A stretch of 64,000 bases of DNA from Hydrolagus affinis (GCA_012026655.1 JAAILG010001014.1:1-64000), one strand, 5' to 3'; numbered from the stretch's first letter, positions 50,306 to 63,350 are shown. Translations and numbers: made by a program. The notes: generated by a model not told the origin, from the sequence alone.

Positions 50306-51419
50306 AGTGTGATGGGGGTGGGGGGGACGGGGTGCTTATGTGTCTGGGACCAGTCGCAGATCAAATCAAATCCAGGACACTTCACTACTTCTCTGAGAAT
50401 GGCTTTGCCTTCAACTGCAACGAGATGCCAACATCACAAAGGAATCGATTGCAATTACCGGTAGGCTGAAAGAGAACAGTGTCTGTTTGCTGCAGATGTA
50501 CTTATTTGAACAATGCCACATCAACTATCTGGGTCCTTGGCATGATGATCAAATCTTAACTCAGACTAAGGTTAGTTCACACTAATGCCTATCCAATTCC
50601 ATGTTGAGCACTAAGAATGTACCAATAATTACATTTTAATGATGCACTCCTGTGCATCAGTCAGTTTCCTGAGATTTTGCTGATATAAAATCTGATGTTA
50701 AAAATGTTATTTGATTTTACTAGTTGTAGTTGTCAGTCCTACCACTCAGCATATTGCTGCCTATGACTGACTGCACTCTGTCTTATCCTGAGTCACTACC
50801 AATCGTTCACCTTATCTGGAGAAGCAAACCTGGCAAAGCAATGTGAACGTGCCTTCAGCCCCCCCTCCCATTCCCGCCCCAACCCTGCCCTCCACCATTC
50901 TGACCCCAACTCCCAGCTCAATTCCAAAATCCCTGATTATCTAGCACCCTGAGATATCTTTCTGACCTGAAGGGCAGTACACAAGTGTAATTGTTTGTTG
51001 GAAGAAACCCTTGCATCAAATAGAACCCAGCAGCTTGTTTTTGTTTGTTCAATAACGAATAGAAAACGATACCAGTTTGTTTATTCACTGCATCTCCAGG
51101 CCTTTTCTGTTTTCTTGCAGCACCCAAAGTCTTCTGCTTTAATAATAAAATTGCATTTAATATAGCACTATAGCACCTCATCAAGGCATCTGTGTTCTGT
51201 GATCTTTTATTTAACTGAATTATATTGTGCGCTGTGTGTATATAGATGCTTTTGTTGTAATGGGTGTAAAGAAAATACAAGTGACAGAGAACTATTTTTA
51301 TCTGATTTATTACTTTTGTTATGTCATCAACCATATCTCCATTGGTCTAAATGATTACAGTATAGTACATGTTATATGTACTGTATATCTAGGAAGATGA
51401 TGAGAAACTTAAGGCAGGG

Positions 51420-51725
51420 CAGAGAATTGTCTGGTGTTTATACAAAGTGATAGCTGAAGCCCTCTGCAAAGCAAGAAATCAAAGCTTAGAAGAGGTACAA
51501 GTAATATCTTCTGTAAAATTGTAAATGTAGGGAATGTTCTTCCCCAGAAAGCTATAGAGGCAGAATCAATGAGCTGTTTAAATGAGAGGCAGACAGGTAC
51601 TAGGATAGTCTGGGTATAAAGGGGTATGGTAAAAGGGCAAGGAATTGTGTTTGAAAGATCTGCCAAGATTTAACAACCTGATGGTACAAGCTTGATGGGC
51701 TGAATGTCCTCCTTCTGTTCCTTTT
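51420..51725 (+). mobile_element. CR1-clade LINE 3' fragment
   Basis: Degenerate ORF2 C-terminal sequence followed by GATGGGCTGAATG..CCTCCTTCTGTTCC, a CR1-like 3' end. Confidence 0.55.
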
Positions 51726-52109
51726 CAAACAACTTGTCGAGATGGTTGCTGGAAGGCTCCATAACACAAATGAGCAAGATAGAAACACTGAACAAAATAC
51801 AGAATCCTTCACCCAGGAGAGGCACTGCTCACACCATGGGTGGTTAAACAAACCGAGGATTGGCTGTTTACTGTGGGCAATAACACTCCGAGCTGTGAAA
51901 TCAGGAACAATCTGTATTACTGCTGTGATTATACACTTCTGTACTGAGCATCACACGCTCCTTTGTGGATGTAACTGGACAGATGTAACAAGTTACAAAA
52001 GTTATCCAACATTTAAAGGAATCACACAAAGGCAGGGGCAGCCATGACAGTTGGGTGATTAGAGCTGCAATTTATAGATTGGGATTTCACTGTTAAAATC
52101 TTCGTTTGT

Positions 52110-52400
52110 GTCTCAGCTGAGACATGCAGAGGAAGGGAAACTAAATTTGTCCCCCAGCCTTCTCAGGGTTAAGGAGGGGGAACCAGGCGGAGTTCCTGAT
52201 ACTCCTGATACTAGTCTTTCTTTGGGACCTCGACTGCTTGTGCACATGAATAGCAGTCCAGATTAGAGGTTAGCTTGGCTGTCTGTGCAGGCGCATGGCT
52301 TTGCCAATACTCACTGCCAAAGATTCACATAAAAACAAATGGCTGGTTAGGCACGAAGCCAGAGGGCAACAAAACACCCATGGAATCACAACCCAACATA
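52110..52400 (+). mobile_element. Old SINE-like repeat copy
   Basis: Shares GCCAA(T/C)A...AATGG...GGAA blocks with the copies at about 1095-1190 and 26790-27030. Confidence 0.4.
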
Positions 52401-52709
52401 AGGAGGCTAAAGCATATTCCAATGAGGAGAAATGTAGATAAATAAATCATTCAGAACTTTTTTTTAAGTAAGACAACGGTGGGCAGGTAGTAGCAGAAGT
52501 GATGAACATTGTGTGTTTGGTAAATAAGTTGTCACTGGTAGCATGTGATCTACACTCTAACCTAAGGGGAAGGCAGAATACATAATATAGTTATATAGCT
52601 GTTCATTTCAGTAATCGGTCACATAACCCTCCAATGTCTTCCCCACGTGTGCCTTCTCTTGCAGTACGGTATCATCAAGTAGCATGAAGAGAACTCACTT
52701 CATGGCATT

Positions 52710-52861
52710 TTATTTCACATCACAGAGCAATGCGACGCCTCTCAGTACCCAATGTTCAGAGGACGGGTTACTTCTCAAGTCCACAGCAGCGATGTAGTTC
52801 AGATGTGTCCTCACTGGCTTTTTATAGATGGGACAGGGATATACACACGAGTCTTTGGAAC
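52710..52861 (-). CDS. DNAH5: DNAH5-like axonemal dynein heavy chain, terminal exon
   Basis: CAG acceptor. Encodes (S)[49 protein letters not shown], the DNAH5-type C-terminus. TAA at 52710-52712. Confidence 0.93.
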
Positions 52862-53758
52862 CTGTGGGGGAAAAGAAGAAATAAAAAGAGAAATCATGCT
52901 AATCTCCAACTGGACATATAAACCATGTTGTATTGTTCAAGGAAAACATCAGAGAACAACATTACCACAGCTGGTCTTATGTAAGGTTACACCTGCACAT
53001 ATGGCAGGCAACTACCTGTGTGTGTGTGAAATAGGCAACCTGTGGTTTTGTGAAAAATGTTATGGCTGGCAGTTAGAAAAGGTGACATGCCAGCCACTAC
53101 TGAAGAGTAAATTGAAAGACAGTTCGGGATCCATGGGGAGCAGGGTTGGGGAAAAAAGCAAAGAGAGTGGGATCGAGACTTAGCTTCAGAAAGTTACAAA
53201 ACCAAATGAAACAGATTGGGAATGAGAATGAAGGCAAATTTATGTAGGGAGAGAGATCTCCCAGCCTAAAACACAGGGCCACTGTAAAAAAAAATTGCCT
53301 AATATTTAAGTGGGTAATATGCTTGAAACTTACAAATGAACCGACAGAATATGCAGGAAATAATGACAGTAAACTCCTGATAACTCGATCCCAGCATCTT
53401 GGTCAGTACCATGATTTAAGCTATCATGAGACTTTTATTTGAGACTCAAGCTATCATGCTATCAATATCCCAGCCCCATTTACTTATTCATTCATTTGCC
53501 CAATTTGCCATTCTGAGTGACAAGCCCTTTTCTGTTGGAGCGTTGATATATTTATCAAGTTGCTTTTTAGGAATATTGCGGAATAGCAATGTTGAATGCT
53601 ATACAACAACAGCAACATAATTACATTTGTACAGCGGCTTTCGCATTGACATTCACGGTATCAACTGAAATCCAACCAACAAACCAGAAAGAAGAATTAT
53701 ATCCGTAATACATTTCAATGCGAGTGAATCATGGAACATATCAATTTAGCTAACTTAC

Positions 53759-53993
53759 TGTGGTGATTAACAGCAGAGATATGAATAACGGGCATGATCT
53801 CAAAAAGCACTTTGGGTTTGGATTCAATCAGTCGGTTGTTACGCCTATCCCATCCAGCACCCTCTAGATAGAGACCATAGACATATACTCCCTCTGAAGG
53901 AGGCTGCGTGAGATCTTCCTTGGATGACCTGCTGACATTACTGTGAAGCACAACATTGTCCAGGGCCCAGCCCTTATGGACCCGAGTAATTTC
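53759..53993 (-). CDS. DNAH5: DNAH5-like exon (C-terminal domain)
   Basis: 235 nt, AG/GT. Encodes [20 protein letters not shown]...[16 protein letters not shown]...[11 protein letters not shown]. Confidence 0.93.
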
Positions 53994-54697
53994 CTGTTAG
54001 CATGAAAGAAAGACACACAGAAATGACCCCTCTTCAGTTTAAAGGCAAGCAGCAAGCAATTGCCATGCCACTGTACAACGCGTCAATCATTTCTGAGGCG
54101 AACATTATGCTCATTAAGGCATCAGCCTGGAGGATTGAATGCTTCTCCACTTCGGTCAACAACAACAGCAAAATTACACTTGAATAGCGTATTTCACGTC
54201 AGGAAAATGTACTCCCGTGAAATACTGAGTGACTCACGAAGCCACAGCACATTGTTATTTCCCTGTTGGCAAAGAACGAGCAGCCAAATGTGGATGATGC
54301 ACAAGGAGGATTTATATTTAGTAGAAGGGCAATTTTAGCTCTGTAATTCTGATGTCCAGCTGGTGTAATAAACAATTTGCTCCTGAACCTGTATTTGCCC
54401 TTTTCTTTACATAAATAATTCAAGTAAAATACTTACTCCAAGGTGTTTAAACCCCGGTCCTATCATGTCTTTGCAATGTGAATGGTGCTATAAAAATGTA
54501 ATTTGTTGTTAGCTTACGCCTGTGGTGTCTTATATAACACTTGTGACAAGACAATAAACCCTTTCTCTGCCATTACTTGATGTTCAGACGAATATTTGAT
54601 TCTGCGTGATTCCTGAATAGGAATTGCTTCTACTATTTTGACCCCCACAATACCGCTTAACCGGTGACCGGATCCGACTGGTGTATTGGTACCTGAC

Positions 54698-54850
54698 CTG
54701 TCTCATTGCCGTGAGGAATCCTTGAGGATTGAAGAATCCAGTCATCCAGAAGCAGGTTGGGCTTCCTTCAAAAATCCATGAGTGAAATTGATGGTTCCTT
54801 TCCAGCAACTCAGTGAACCAGAATCCTAATGTACTTGAAGCCCAAGATGC
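54698..54850 (-). CDS. DNAH5: DNAH5-like exon
   Basis: 153 nt, AAG acceptor. Encodes [19 protein letters not shown]...[18 protein letters not shown]. Confidence 0.93.
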
Positions 54851-55170
54851 CTTCAGAAATGATTTTTTTTAAAAAGGTATTTATAATCGAACATTCTGTG
54901 CTGCATTTCTGAATCCCAGCACAAGAGACTGAGGATTTTTTTCTGATCTTTACATAATTATAAGAATTCTGCATAAACAGCATTGTGCAATACACATTTA
55001 CATCAAGCAACCTTTTTTCAAACCATGCAAATATTGGACTGATATGGCTCAATTTATACTGCTTACTAAGGCAAGCAAGGGTGTATTAATCAATATCCAT
55101 TCATTCAAATATATGAATAAAAAATGATATATTTAAAGATTTTATTTAGATATGATTGTTTCATTCTTAC

Positions 55171-55383
55171 CTTGAGCCACCTGATTGGTATGCGTGCATC
55201 ATACATACAGTCAAGAGCATCTCTCAAGTTCTCACTCATTATAATTGTACCATCTATGGCCAGTTTCAGGTCCATTAATGTGCTTCGGACCAAAGAGATG
55301 ACTCGTTGCATGCAATCAATTTCTTGATGCAGGAAAATGTTCATTGGCTGAAAAGCCCCCATCTTACGCAACCTTTCTTTAAC
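55171..55383 (-). CDS. DNAH5: DNAH5-like exon
   Basis: 213 nt, AAG acceptor. Encodes [18 protein letters not shown]...[20 protein letters not shown]...WLK. Confidence 0.93.
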
Positions 55384-55792
55384 CTTCAACAAAACAAAGG
55401 GAACTGAAGTATCAGGTAAGTAATTCAGTTGCCACAAGCCAAAGAAAGGTATTTGGTAAAAAAATGTAACCTACAGCTCCACTATTCAATCCTCATCCTT
55501 TGCCCTCAACAGAACTCTCCCAATGCTTTACTGTCTGTTTCAAAGTAGAGTACCAAAAACTGCACCCATTATTCCAAATGTGGTCTCACTAGCAATATAA
55601 ACACAAGAGTGTAACAATAATAATAATCTCAGATTCCAAGCATGCAGGTTTTGGGCAATTCTTCACACAGAAACTACTCGGTGTAAACAAAAGATTGTTC
55701 AAAGTGAATGAAATCTGTGTTATCTAACATTACACAAGTGTCCAATTTTACCGCTTAAAATGGAGAGAATTAGGATTTATCACATAACCTAC

Positions 55793-56008
55793 TTCGTATG
55801 ATACGTATTCCATAGGCAATTTCGACAGCATGTCATCAGCAAGATGGGCAACAACAGCCTCCCTGGTTTCTCCACCCCCTGCTGAACTGTCCTTTGGCTG
55901 AATGCTGAGAATTGCATCAAGAACATCTTGGGCGAGTTTGCTTTGATAAGTGATATCAGCATTTGGGTGAAGACCAAATACCTCTGGCGTGTCATATGTT
56001 GGCAGCGT
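55793..56008 (-). CDS. DNAH5: DNAH5-like exon
   Basis: 216 nt. Encodes [31 protein letters not shown]...[14 protein letters not shown]...YE. Confidence 0.93.
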
Positions 56009-56577
56009 CTGTTAAGACACAAAATAAGGGAATCTAAGGTCGTATTTTTCATTTATTACACTCATAAAAATGCATTAAGAGAGGCTGAAGTCTTCTTTTG
56101 TCATTTATTTATGCATTTTCCCAAACCACTATAGCTCACAAGCATAATTAGTCAAGCAAGTAGTAGAATGGCACGAGAATGCATTCAAATGCAGAAGTCA
56201 GGTCCAAACGTGTTGGTTGAAACTCAGTTTGTGATCCAAGTTTTATCATCGGGAATTTATTAGCAAGTGAAGGCTGAGGAGTTCACAAGGGGGGAAAAGG
56301 AATTGATGGGCAAATCCAAAGACAAGAGACCCTTGGATATTTCAAAATCGTTGATTTAGAAAATATTGTAAATTATACTGTTTATGCAAAAATCAGGCAT
56401 AAATTACAGTTTTATCGCATCTTCAGCATTCTTTATCCTTTATATTCTCTTGCACTGTGGAACTTGGCTATTTATATACAGTATATGTGCATGAGGCTGA
56501 AAGAAAGACATGGTGCAGAACTGTTCCAATGATATATTTTCTCAAAACCAAGAACAAAATTACATTCGTAAACCTAC

Positions 56578-56781
56578 CTGTATGTCTTGCATATATTGTT
56601 CCACTGCAGTACACTTAGGGATGGTGTAATCTTTGTAAAAGCAGAAGTCAGGTCCAAACATATTCTCACTGAACCAAATTTGGGTATAAGTGTTCAACAA
56701 TCGCTTATCATAGTCATCTGTGACACGACCTCCATACTGGATCTCTCCAATCATGTAGTGGATGGTGTTCCATGAGATGCT
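56578..56781 (-). CDS. DNAH5: DNAH5-like exon
   Basis: 204 nt. Encodes [31 protein letters not shown]...IQ. Confidence 0.93.
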
Positions 56782-56987
56782 CTGTTAAAGACATAAAGGC
56801 AGTCTAAACATAAAATTTATCAAATGAAATCGAACGCAGACACGCTGTAATCCAAATGCTCTGCCATAGAGTAGGGATGAAGACTGAGAAAGTGTGATCA
56901 ATTGGAGGAGGAGGATAGGCAGGGACTCAGTTTCACCAAAAGGAGTTTTTGGAACTAAACTAATTTAGAGATTAGGGAGAAACTATC

Positions 56988-57335
56988 ATATAATAATAAT
57001 AATCCTTGCATTTGATATAGTGCCTTATCACATCTTCATGACTAATCAAAATGCTTCACAGAATATACTGCAAAGTGTAGTGACTGTGTATTTTGTGGGC
57101 AAAATGCAGCAGCCAAATTGTGCATGGAGATGTCCCACAAACAGTCGTGGACTGAGTGACCAAACCACTTTTATTATTTATTTATTTTGAAGGGATTATT
57201 ATTACAGAAAAGCGATCCTCCAATCAACTAACAACCAGGTTCCTACTTACTGTTAGGTGTGTGGAGCGAAGGAAACCTGCCTGGGAAGCAAACATAGGTC
57301 CTCTCGCTTGTGAGGCGAGTGCTCTAACCACTAAT
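56988..57335 (-). mobile_element. tRNA-derived SINE (diverged, internally rearranged)
   Basis: (AAT)n tail, body and tRNA-like head in reverse orientation. Confidence 0.75.
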
Positions 57336-57405
57336 CTAGAACTGAGATGTTTAAAACATTGTATTTTTATGAATTAGTATTACAGTTGAGTGCATTTTCC
57401 AATAC

Positions 57406-57611
57406 CTTTTTGGAGTCTGTGTCATCGAGATGGTTTTGTACAAATTGAATTGTGGAGTTTAAATCTGCTTGGTTAAACTCGTAAGGAACATTCCAGCCAA
57501 GAGGTCCAAACTTGCGTCTTTCTTGCACAGTTGAATGTAGGAAGGCCACTGCGTAAAGCATGGGTTTCCAATGGGGTGTGTTACTGACATCTAGCTGGTC
57601 TTGATTAATAC
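57406..57611 (-). CDS. DNAH5: DNAH5-like exon
   Basis: 206 nt, AAG acceptor. Encodes (G)INQDQLDV...[36 protein letters not shown]...KK. Confidence 0.93.
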
Positions 57612-57751
57612 CTTAAAATCAAAGTGGTAGTTAATATATGCCTTCAGCAGTGTAAAAGACAAATGGAATGGTTTTGTTACATTCTAACAAAGATGACGAT
57701 TCTAGCAAATTGCATACAATTAAATAATTTGCATCTTTCAAAAAATACTGG

Positions 57752-57950
57752 AACAACAACAACTTGCACCTAGATAGAGCCCTCCTCACCGGGCAGTGTC
57801 TCAGAGTGCTTAACAATGGCAGAGCCCAAGCCCGAGCCAGGGGGAGGGGGATGCTGACCGTAGGCGCGATCGAGGAGGAAGATCTTCAGGAGCGACCTGA
57901 AGCTGGGGAAGGAGGGGCAAGGCAAACGGGTTGAAGGAGGGAGTTCCAAA
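57752..57950 (-). mobile_element. L2 LINE 3'-end fragment
   Basis: (CAA)n tail plus the reverse complement of FRSLLKIFL-encoding sequence. Confidence 0.7.
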
Positions 57951-58123
57951 GTTGTTTGAATCCAAAATTATTTGAACCGATTCAAAGTTACTAGAGAATC
58001 GGTACTCTGAAAAAAACTTAAACTTAGACATATCAGTCTGCACATGTTTGTAGCACATGGTTAATGCAATAAAGCTAAATTAGCAAGTGCTAATTGCGGA
58101 AAATCTATTTCTTTATCTCCTAC

Positions 58124-58343
58124 CTGCGTATGTGCGTTTCAGTCCAGCCTTTAATCCATGTGGTGGCTCGTTGGTAAACTTAATTGACATCTGAAGGAGC
58201 GTAATAGGAAAGTGTCTGTGGATCTCAGTTGTTATCCACAGTCGGAATGAAGCACAAATATTCTCAGTCTCAATGATTGTGTCCATCAGTTCATCCATGA
58301 AATCTAGTCCTAAGTGACAGTTCTGCAGTAACGCCCAGCCTCC
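58124..58343 (-). CDS. DNAH5: DNAH5-like exon (AAA6)
   Basis: 220 nt. Encodes [21 protein letters not shown]...FRLWITTE...[17 protein letters not shown]...RTYA. Confidence 0.94.
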
Positions 58344-58911
58344 CTAAATATTTACCAATAAATGAACAACATCTTTTACAATTTAGTTTAACAACTTAAA
58401 TACCCGTCAAAACATCTTTTACAATTTAAATGCCCGACTAAAGTCATCACTTTAAATACATGGTAGTTTAATGTAAGATCATCATAGTTGAAAGCTTTAA
58501 CGTACAGTAAGATCTTCCCTAGACTTTTATCCTGCGCAATTACAGGCAAAAAGCTTAATCCTCAAGGTCTTTTTGGCCCATCTGATCTCTCATCTTTCCA
58601 GAACACCACGCCAGCATCAAACTGCAGTGACCTGACCTCAACCACCCTCCCTTGCAACCTGTTCCAGTCATTAATTAACCTTTGGTACCCATCCTGCAAT
58701 TGGCTTTTTAGCTATGCTAAACTCTTGTTGTATTTACAATTTTATACACCTCTATAAAGTCTCTGAAACCTCTCAAGACTGAAGAGCCATAGGTTGTCTA
58801 ATTGAAACAAAACCCATCTAAAGCGACTGTACATAAGATGACCTTATTTGATACTCAGATTGAATAGAAAGTGAGCTCTATGAACAAAACAATGAATCCT
58901 TCTCCTCTTAC

Positions 58912-59157
58912 ATTGCACATTGTCTGCTGCAGCAATCTGCGCACATGTGTCTCCTGTCCCTGGCCCATTGAGACAGAGCGAGTCTCAATTTTCAGTCTTT
59001 TTCCAAGAGCAATGATGCTCTCTGATGGATCTGAACCCATGGACAGGAAGCAGATCAGAGGGGTCCTGGGGTCAGATTCCGCCCAAGTCTTGTCAAGGTC
59101 CAGAACAACAGCTTCTGTGTACCCTTCACCCCTCGAATCGATGATGTATTTGCGGGC
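58912..59157 (-). CDS. DNAH5: DNAH5-like exon
   Basis: 246 nt. Encodes ARKYIIDS...[18 protein letters not shown]...VSMGQGQE...CN. Confidence 0.94.
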
Positions 59158-59387
59158 CTGCAGTCAAAAGGCGTACAGGTGAGTGGGATAAAGCTAAATA
59201 CTAAATGAGTGGGGTAAAGCTAAAAGTAGTAGAAATTAGTGGAAGAAAATTCAACAGGTCGCCAATCAATAGTGAATGTTGAACAGAGTACGTTACATGT
59301 TGTTCTGCAGCCAGGCCTCCAAGCCTCTTGTTTGCAGGAAATCATTGGAGAAACTTGCAGCCTCATTAGATTTGTCGCAAATGTTAC

Positions 59388-59540
59388 CTGTGCAATAGTG
59401 CGGTCAGGACACCAGGATCGGACGAGCAGGAGCTTGCGAAAGCAGTCAAGAGACTGATGGTAACCGTCAGGCACGAGCTCCTCCTCTTCTGGAGCATCTT
59501 TATCAAACCAGTTTTTCCACTGCTTCTCGTTCTGAGCAAT
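59388..59540 (-). CDS. DNAH5: DNAH5-like exon
   Basis: 153 nt. Encodes [20 protein letters not shown]...[15 protein letters not shown]. Confidence 0.93.
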
Positions 59541-60376
59541 CTGCAAATAGACGGGTGAAACCTGCATTACAACGGATTGAAGCAAACCCCTGCTGTATAA
59601 TTTGTTTCAAAACAAACAGCAATGCGAAGTACAGTAACTCTGATAGTTATTGCCAGTACCCAGAGTGTTAGGGCTCAGGAAAAAAAATGAGTAATAATAA
59701 TAAAAAATATAATAATCCATACAATTGATATAGCTCCTTATTACATTGTTGAGACATCTCAAAGTGCTTCACAGAATACTGTATATTGCAAAGTGGATTG
59801 ACTGTGGATTTTGTGGATGAAAGATCCCTTAAAACATATTTATTACTACTATACATTTAAACATTTTAAATTTACTACTACTGAATGTCAAATTTCAAGT
59901 TTGTTTTTAGCTAATGTGAGTGAAAATGAATGTTTATCTACAAGGATAAGAATTTCTTCTTCAATAAGAAGTTTGAGGATAGCCTTGTAATTTCCAGAAA
60001 TCTTACTCCATGTGAAGCATAATCTTGTCCAATTACCTTTCAAAACACACACTTTGGGAAATAAAGATCAGAGGGAGAAAATGCACATAGCTCTAGACTT
60101 GCACTCTCATATTTCAGCATGCAGGATTTCAGCAAATTCTTCATTTCAGTTTTAATTATGAAGCCAGATTCATGAACTACAGAAAACTGTTTTTAAAATA
60201 AAGATTGAATTGAAAAATTGGCCAAATTCTGCCTGCCAGGTTTCGAGTCTGGTGGAATTTCTCCCACAGATATTAACGATTCATTGTTTGGTCTACCTAT
60301 GCCTCAACTAAACAAAACATATATGTTTATTTTCCATTCAAGTAACTATATTCAATCTCCCGCATGCAGACTATAC

Positions 60377-60498
60377 CTGGGTAAGAATGTCAGAGAACTG
60401 CCGAAGTTTGCTCAATTCGACAAGATTCAACCAAGTCATGTCAAGAATCCATTTGGCAGGTTTAGGAGGACAAGTCTTGAGATCCAAAGAGGCACCTC
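60377..60498 (-). CDS. DNAH5: DNAH5-like exon
   Basis: 122 nt. Encodes (G)[40 protein letters not shown]. Confidence 0.93.
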
Positions 60499-60929
60499 CT
60501 GGAATTTGCACAGCAACAAATGTACAAGCATAGGGCCTTTTACATCAAAAGGACATCCCAAGGCACAGGACAGTACAGAGTTTGCGCCTAAGCTGGAAAG
60601 AGGAAAGATAGTTGAAAGGTCTTGAAAGAGACAGATCTTGGTGTGGACCTTGGGAGAAGATAAGGAGTTCCAGAGAGTTAAGGCAGATGGGCTGAAGGCT
60701 AATGTAAGTTAAATAATGAATAATAATAAGGATAATAATGATGAAAGCACAGGATAGAGTGGATCAGTGGTTAAAGGCACTGCCAATGCAGAAATTGGGC
60801 ATCACACTTTAATGTAAGTGCAATGGATGGGTCAAGTAGCTTCAACGCAAGTAGCTTTGAAGGCATACAATTTGTCGCACTTTACTGCCAGACTTTGTAA
60901 TTTACTTATCGAAATGTGAAACAACTTAC

Positions 60930-61120
60930 CTTTAATGAGGGTGAGAAATTCCTCGTGTTTGACCTTGTGACATTGCATATCAATCTTCAGTGTCAGGAGG
61001 AGTCTGAAGAGGAATTTGTCCTGTTCATATAAGCCACGAGCTGTGCACGTGTACACCTCGTACGTCATGTATTCAATAATGTTTGCTACTCGCTTGCTGG
61101 TGAATGGGTTCTTAGTGGAT
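60930..61120 (-). CDS. DNAH5: DNAH5-like exon
   Basis: 191 nt. Encodes (R)[22 protein letters not shown]...[11 protein letters not shown]...EEFLTLIK(G). Confidence 0.93.
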
Positions 61121-61256
61121 CTGGTTATTATATTAAGATAAATGTTCAAATGTAAAAATGACTGAACTGAAAGTATAAAACTGATCATGGAAATTTCATA
61201 TTTACTGGGTTTTAAAAAATGCAAATAAATATCACAACGAATTAGACAAGTATCAG

Positions 61257-61487
61257 TAATGATCCTTGCAGTTGATATAGCGTTTTTCACATCTAATCGA
61301 GGACTCAAAGCACTTCACAGAATATACTGTAAAGAGAATTGACTGTATATTTGTGGGCGAAACGCGGCAGCCAATTGCGCACAGCAGTGTCCCACAAACA
61401 GTTGTAGATTGAAATGACCAATTTTTATTATTGTGTGTTTTTTTGGACGGATTATTATTAGGCATGTGGAGAAAGGAAATTTGCCCA
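61257..61487 (-). mobile_element. 5'-truncated tRNA-derived SINE
   Basis: Family body and tail. Confidence 0.8.
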
Positions 61488-61535
61488 GATATTGTAGTTA
61501 AAGCTAAAGTAATACACAGCAGTGAACCGCCTGAC

Positions 61536-61650
61536 CTTACAAGTGACAGGTCAAAGATCCCAAGGAACTGTCGCAGGGAAGTCTGGTACATCACATTCAC
61601 CATGCTCATCTCCACAATCAGGAAATAAAGCGTGCTTCCTCTTGTAGCAA
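61536..61650 (-). CDS. DNAH5: DNAH5-like exon
   Basis: 115 nt. Encodes (V)[37 protein letters not shown](R). Confidence 0.93.
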
Positions 61651-62159
61651 CTGGATAGAAACAGGGGAGTCCATTAGCTCATTTCCTATTCTGAAAATGG
61701 TAATCCTTGCAATTGGCACAAAACCTTTCACAACAGGAGGATGACTTAAAGCGCCTCACAGGATTCACTGTAAAGTATTCAGACTGGTTTGTTTGGGTGA
61801 ATGTCTACCCTTTGAGGTAGGGTTTCCAGGAAATGCATTTAATCTATTCACAGGAATATAAAATTAATATTAAAACTCAAACACTTCCAGATGCAGCCTC
61901 ACCATTACATGAATTCAAAATAACGATCAGAAAGAATAATTTCTACTGCTCTAAAGCTCAACTCTCGCTTGAATTGCGTTTTTAAATTTGTTTGAGCTCG
62001 GCAAAACCTCAGATTATCGTCAGATCATCAGCACGCAAATAAATATTCATTTGATCATCCGAAAGTGTGAAGTTTTACATCATTGCTCCTGTACAAAGAA
62101 ACATGAATTTATCCTTGACAGATGCAATGCAACAGATTTCATATCAAGAACTTAGTTAC

Positions 62160-62403
62160 CTGGCCTGAACTCTTCTCTGGCAGTGTTTATTTGTGTCTCA
62201 GTCTCAGCTGCTGTTTTCAGTTTCTGCGTCACCTCTTCAGCTGTCTGCTTGGTGTTTCCAAGCACGATGATCAGACTTTCATCGTCTACAAGGGAACCCT
62301 GAGTCATCGTTAAACGGTAAAGCAAGTTATCTTCCAGTTCCTTCATCTTCCTTTTGTTGGCGGTCACGTCCTCCATCAGGCTCGTCCGCTCTTTCTCCAG
62401 CTC
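62160..62403 (-). CDS. DNAH5: DNAH5-like exon (buttress coiled coil)
   Basis: 244 nt, AAG acceptor. Encodes [31 protein letters not shown]...AREEFRP. Confidence 0.93.
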
Positions 62404-62727
62404 CTTAAACATCAAACACCTTGCGTTACCGTAAACACACATTTTTCTCTCTCCTGCTTTTATAATAATAATTATTATTATAATAGAATTAAAATAATAA
62501 TAATCCTTGCGTTTGATATGGGGCTTTTACAAATCGTTGAGACGTCTCAAAACGCTTCACAGGTCAATTGCTCAATAAATTTCTATTTTCGGTCCATAAA
62601 ATTATTAATTCATAACAAAAAAAATCCATCAGCCCTGTTCACCATTAGCACAGTTTCCTGGGTGTGGGCAGCCCTCCACCCACCCCACCCCGTCCAACCC
62701 TACCAAAGTATGAGAGATTTTCCTCAC

Positions 62728-62910
62728 ATGCTTCTCTGTAAGAATGGCTCGGCCTAAAAGTTGATCCTCCAAGCCTTGAATGGTGACGGTGAAGTCGATG
62801 ATTGAAGTGCGAGCGCTAATCTCTGGAGTGTAGGCAGGATTGGCCAGTTTCGTGGTAGCGTAAAGTCTGAAACCACTCATAACATCCACCTCTTTGTCAC
62901 CTATTTTCAC
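62728..62910 (-). CDS. DNAH5: DNAH5-like exon (AAA5)
   Basis: 183 nt. Encodes [10 protein letters not shown]...[25 protein letters not shown]...GLEDQLLGR...EKH. Confidence 0.94.
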
Positions 62911-63194
62911 CTGCACGAAAGAAATCGTGAATTTGCTTTTTTTTTTGCTGAGTTTGATACAAATAACGCTGCACAACTAACCTATGATAGATACGCTCAA
63001 TGGAATTGTTTATCTTCACCGATAGAAGCAACAGTAACTTGCATTTAAGCATCATCCTTCACGTAGGACATCGTCTGAGCACCACACAAAGGTGAGGTCG
63101 GACCCAGAATGAGAGAGAAGGGGGAAGATGACCATAAGTGCAGTTGAAGGAGTTCAGGCAGTGAGGTTTGTTAACACCTTAGTTAATGAATTAC

Positions 63195-63350
63195 CTTTCT
63201 GGTGGACCCAGTTTTGATGAAGTTTTTCTCCAGCACATTATCCAGAGCTGGGTCCAGTTCTTCTCCGACGTCCTCGACAAGCAGTGGCCTCCCCAGTGAA
63301 AGGCAATCCTCCAAGTGATTTCGAAAGTATTTATGATTCAGTGAAGTTAC
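63195..63350 (-). CDS. DNAH5: DNAH5-like exon (AAA5)
   Basis: 156 nt. Encodes [52 protein letters not shown]. Confidence 0.94.
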
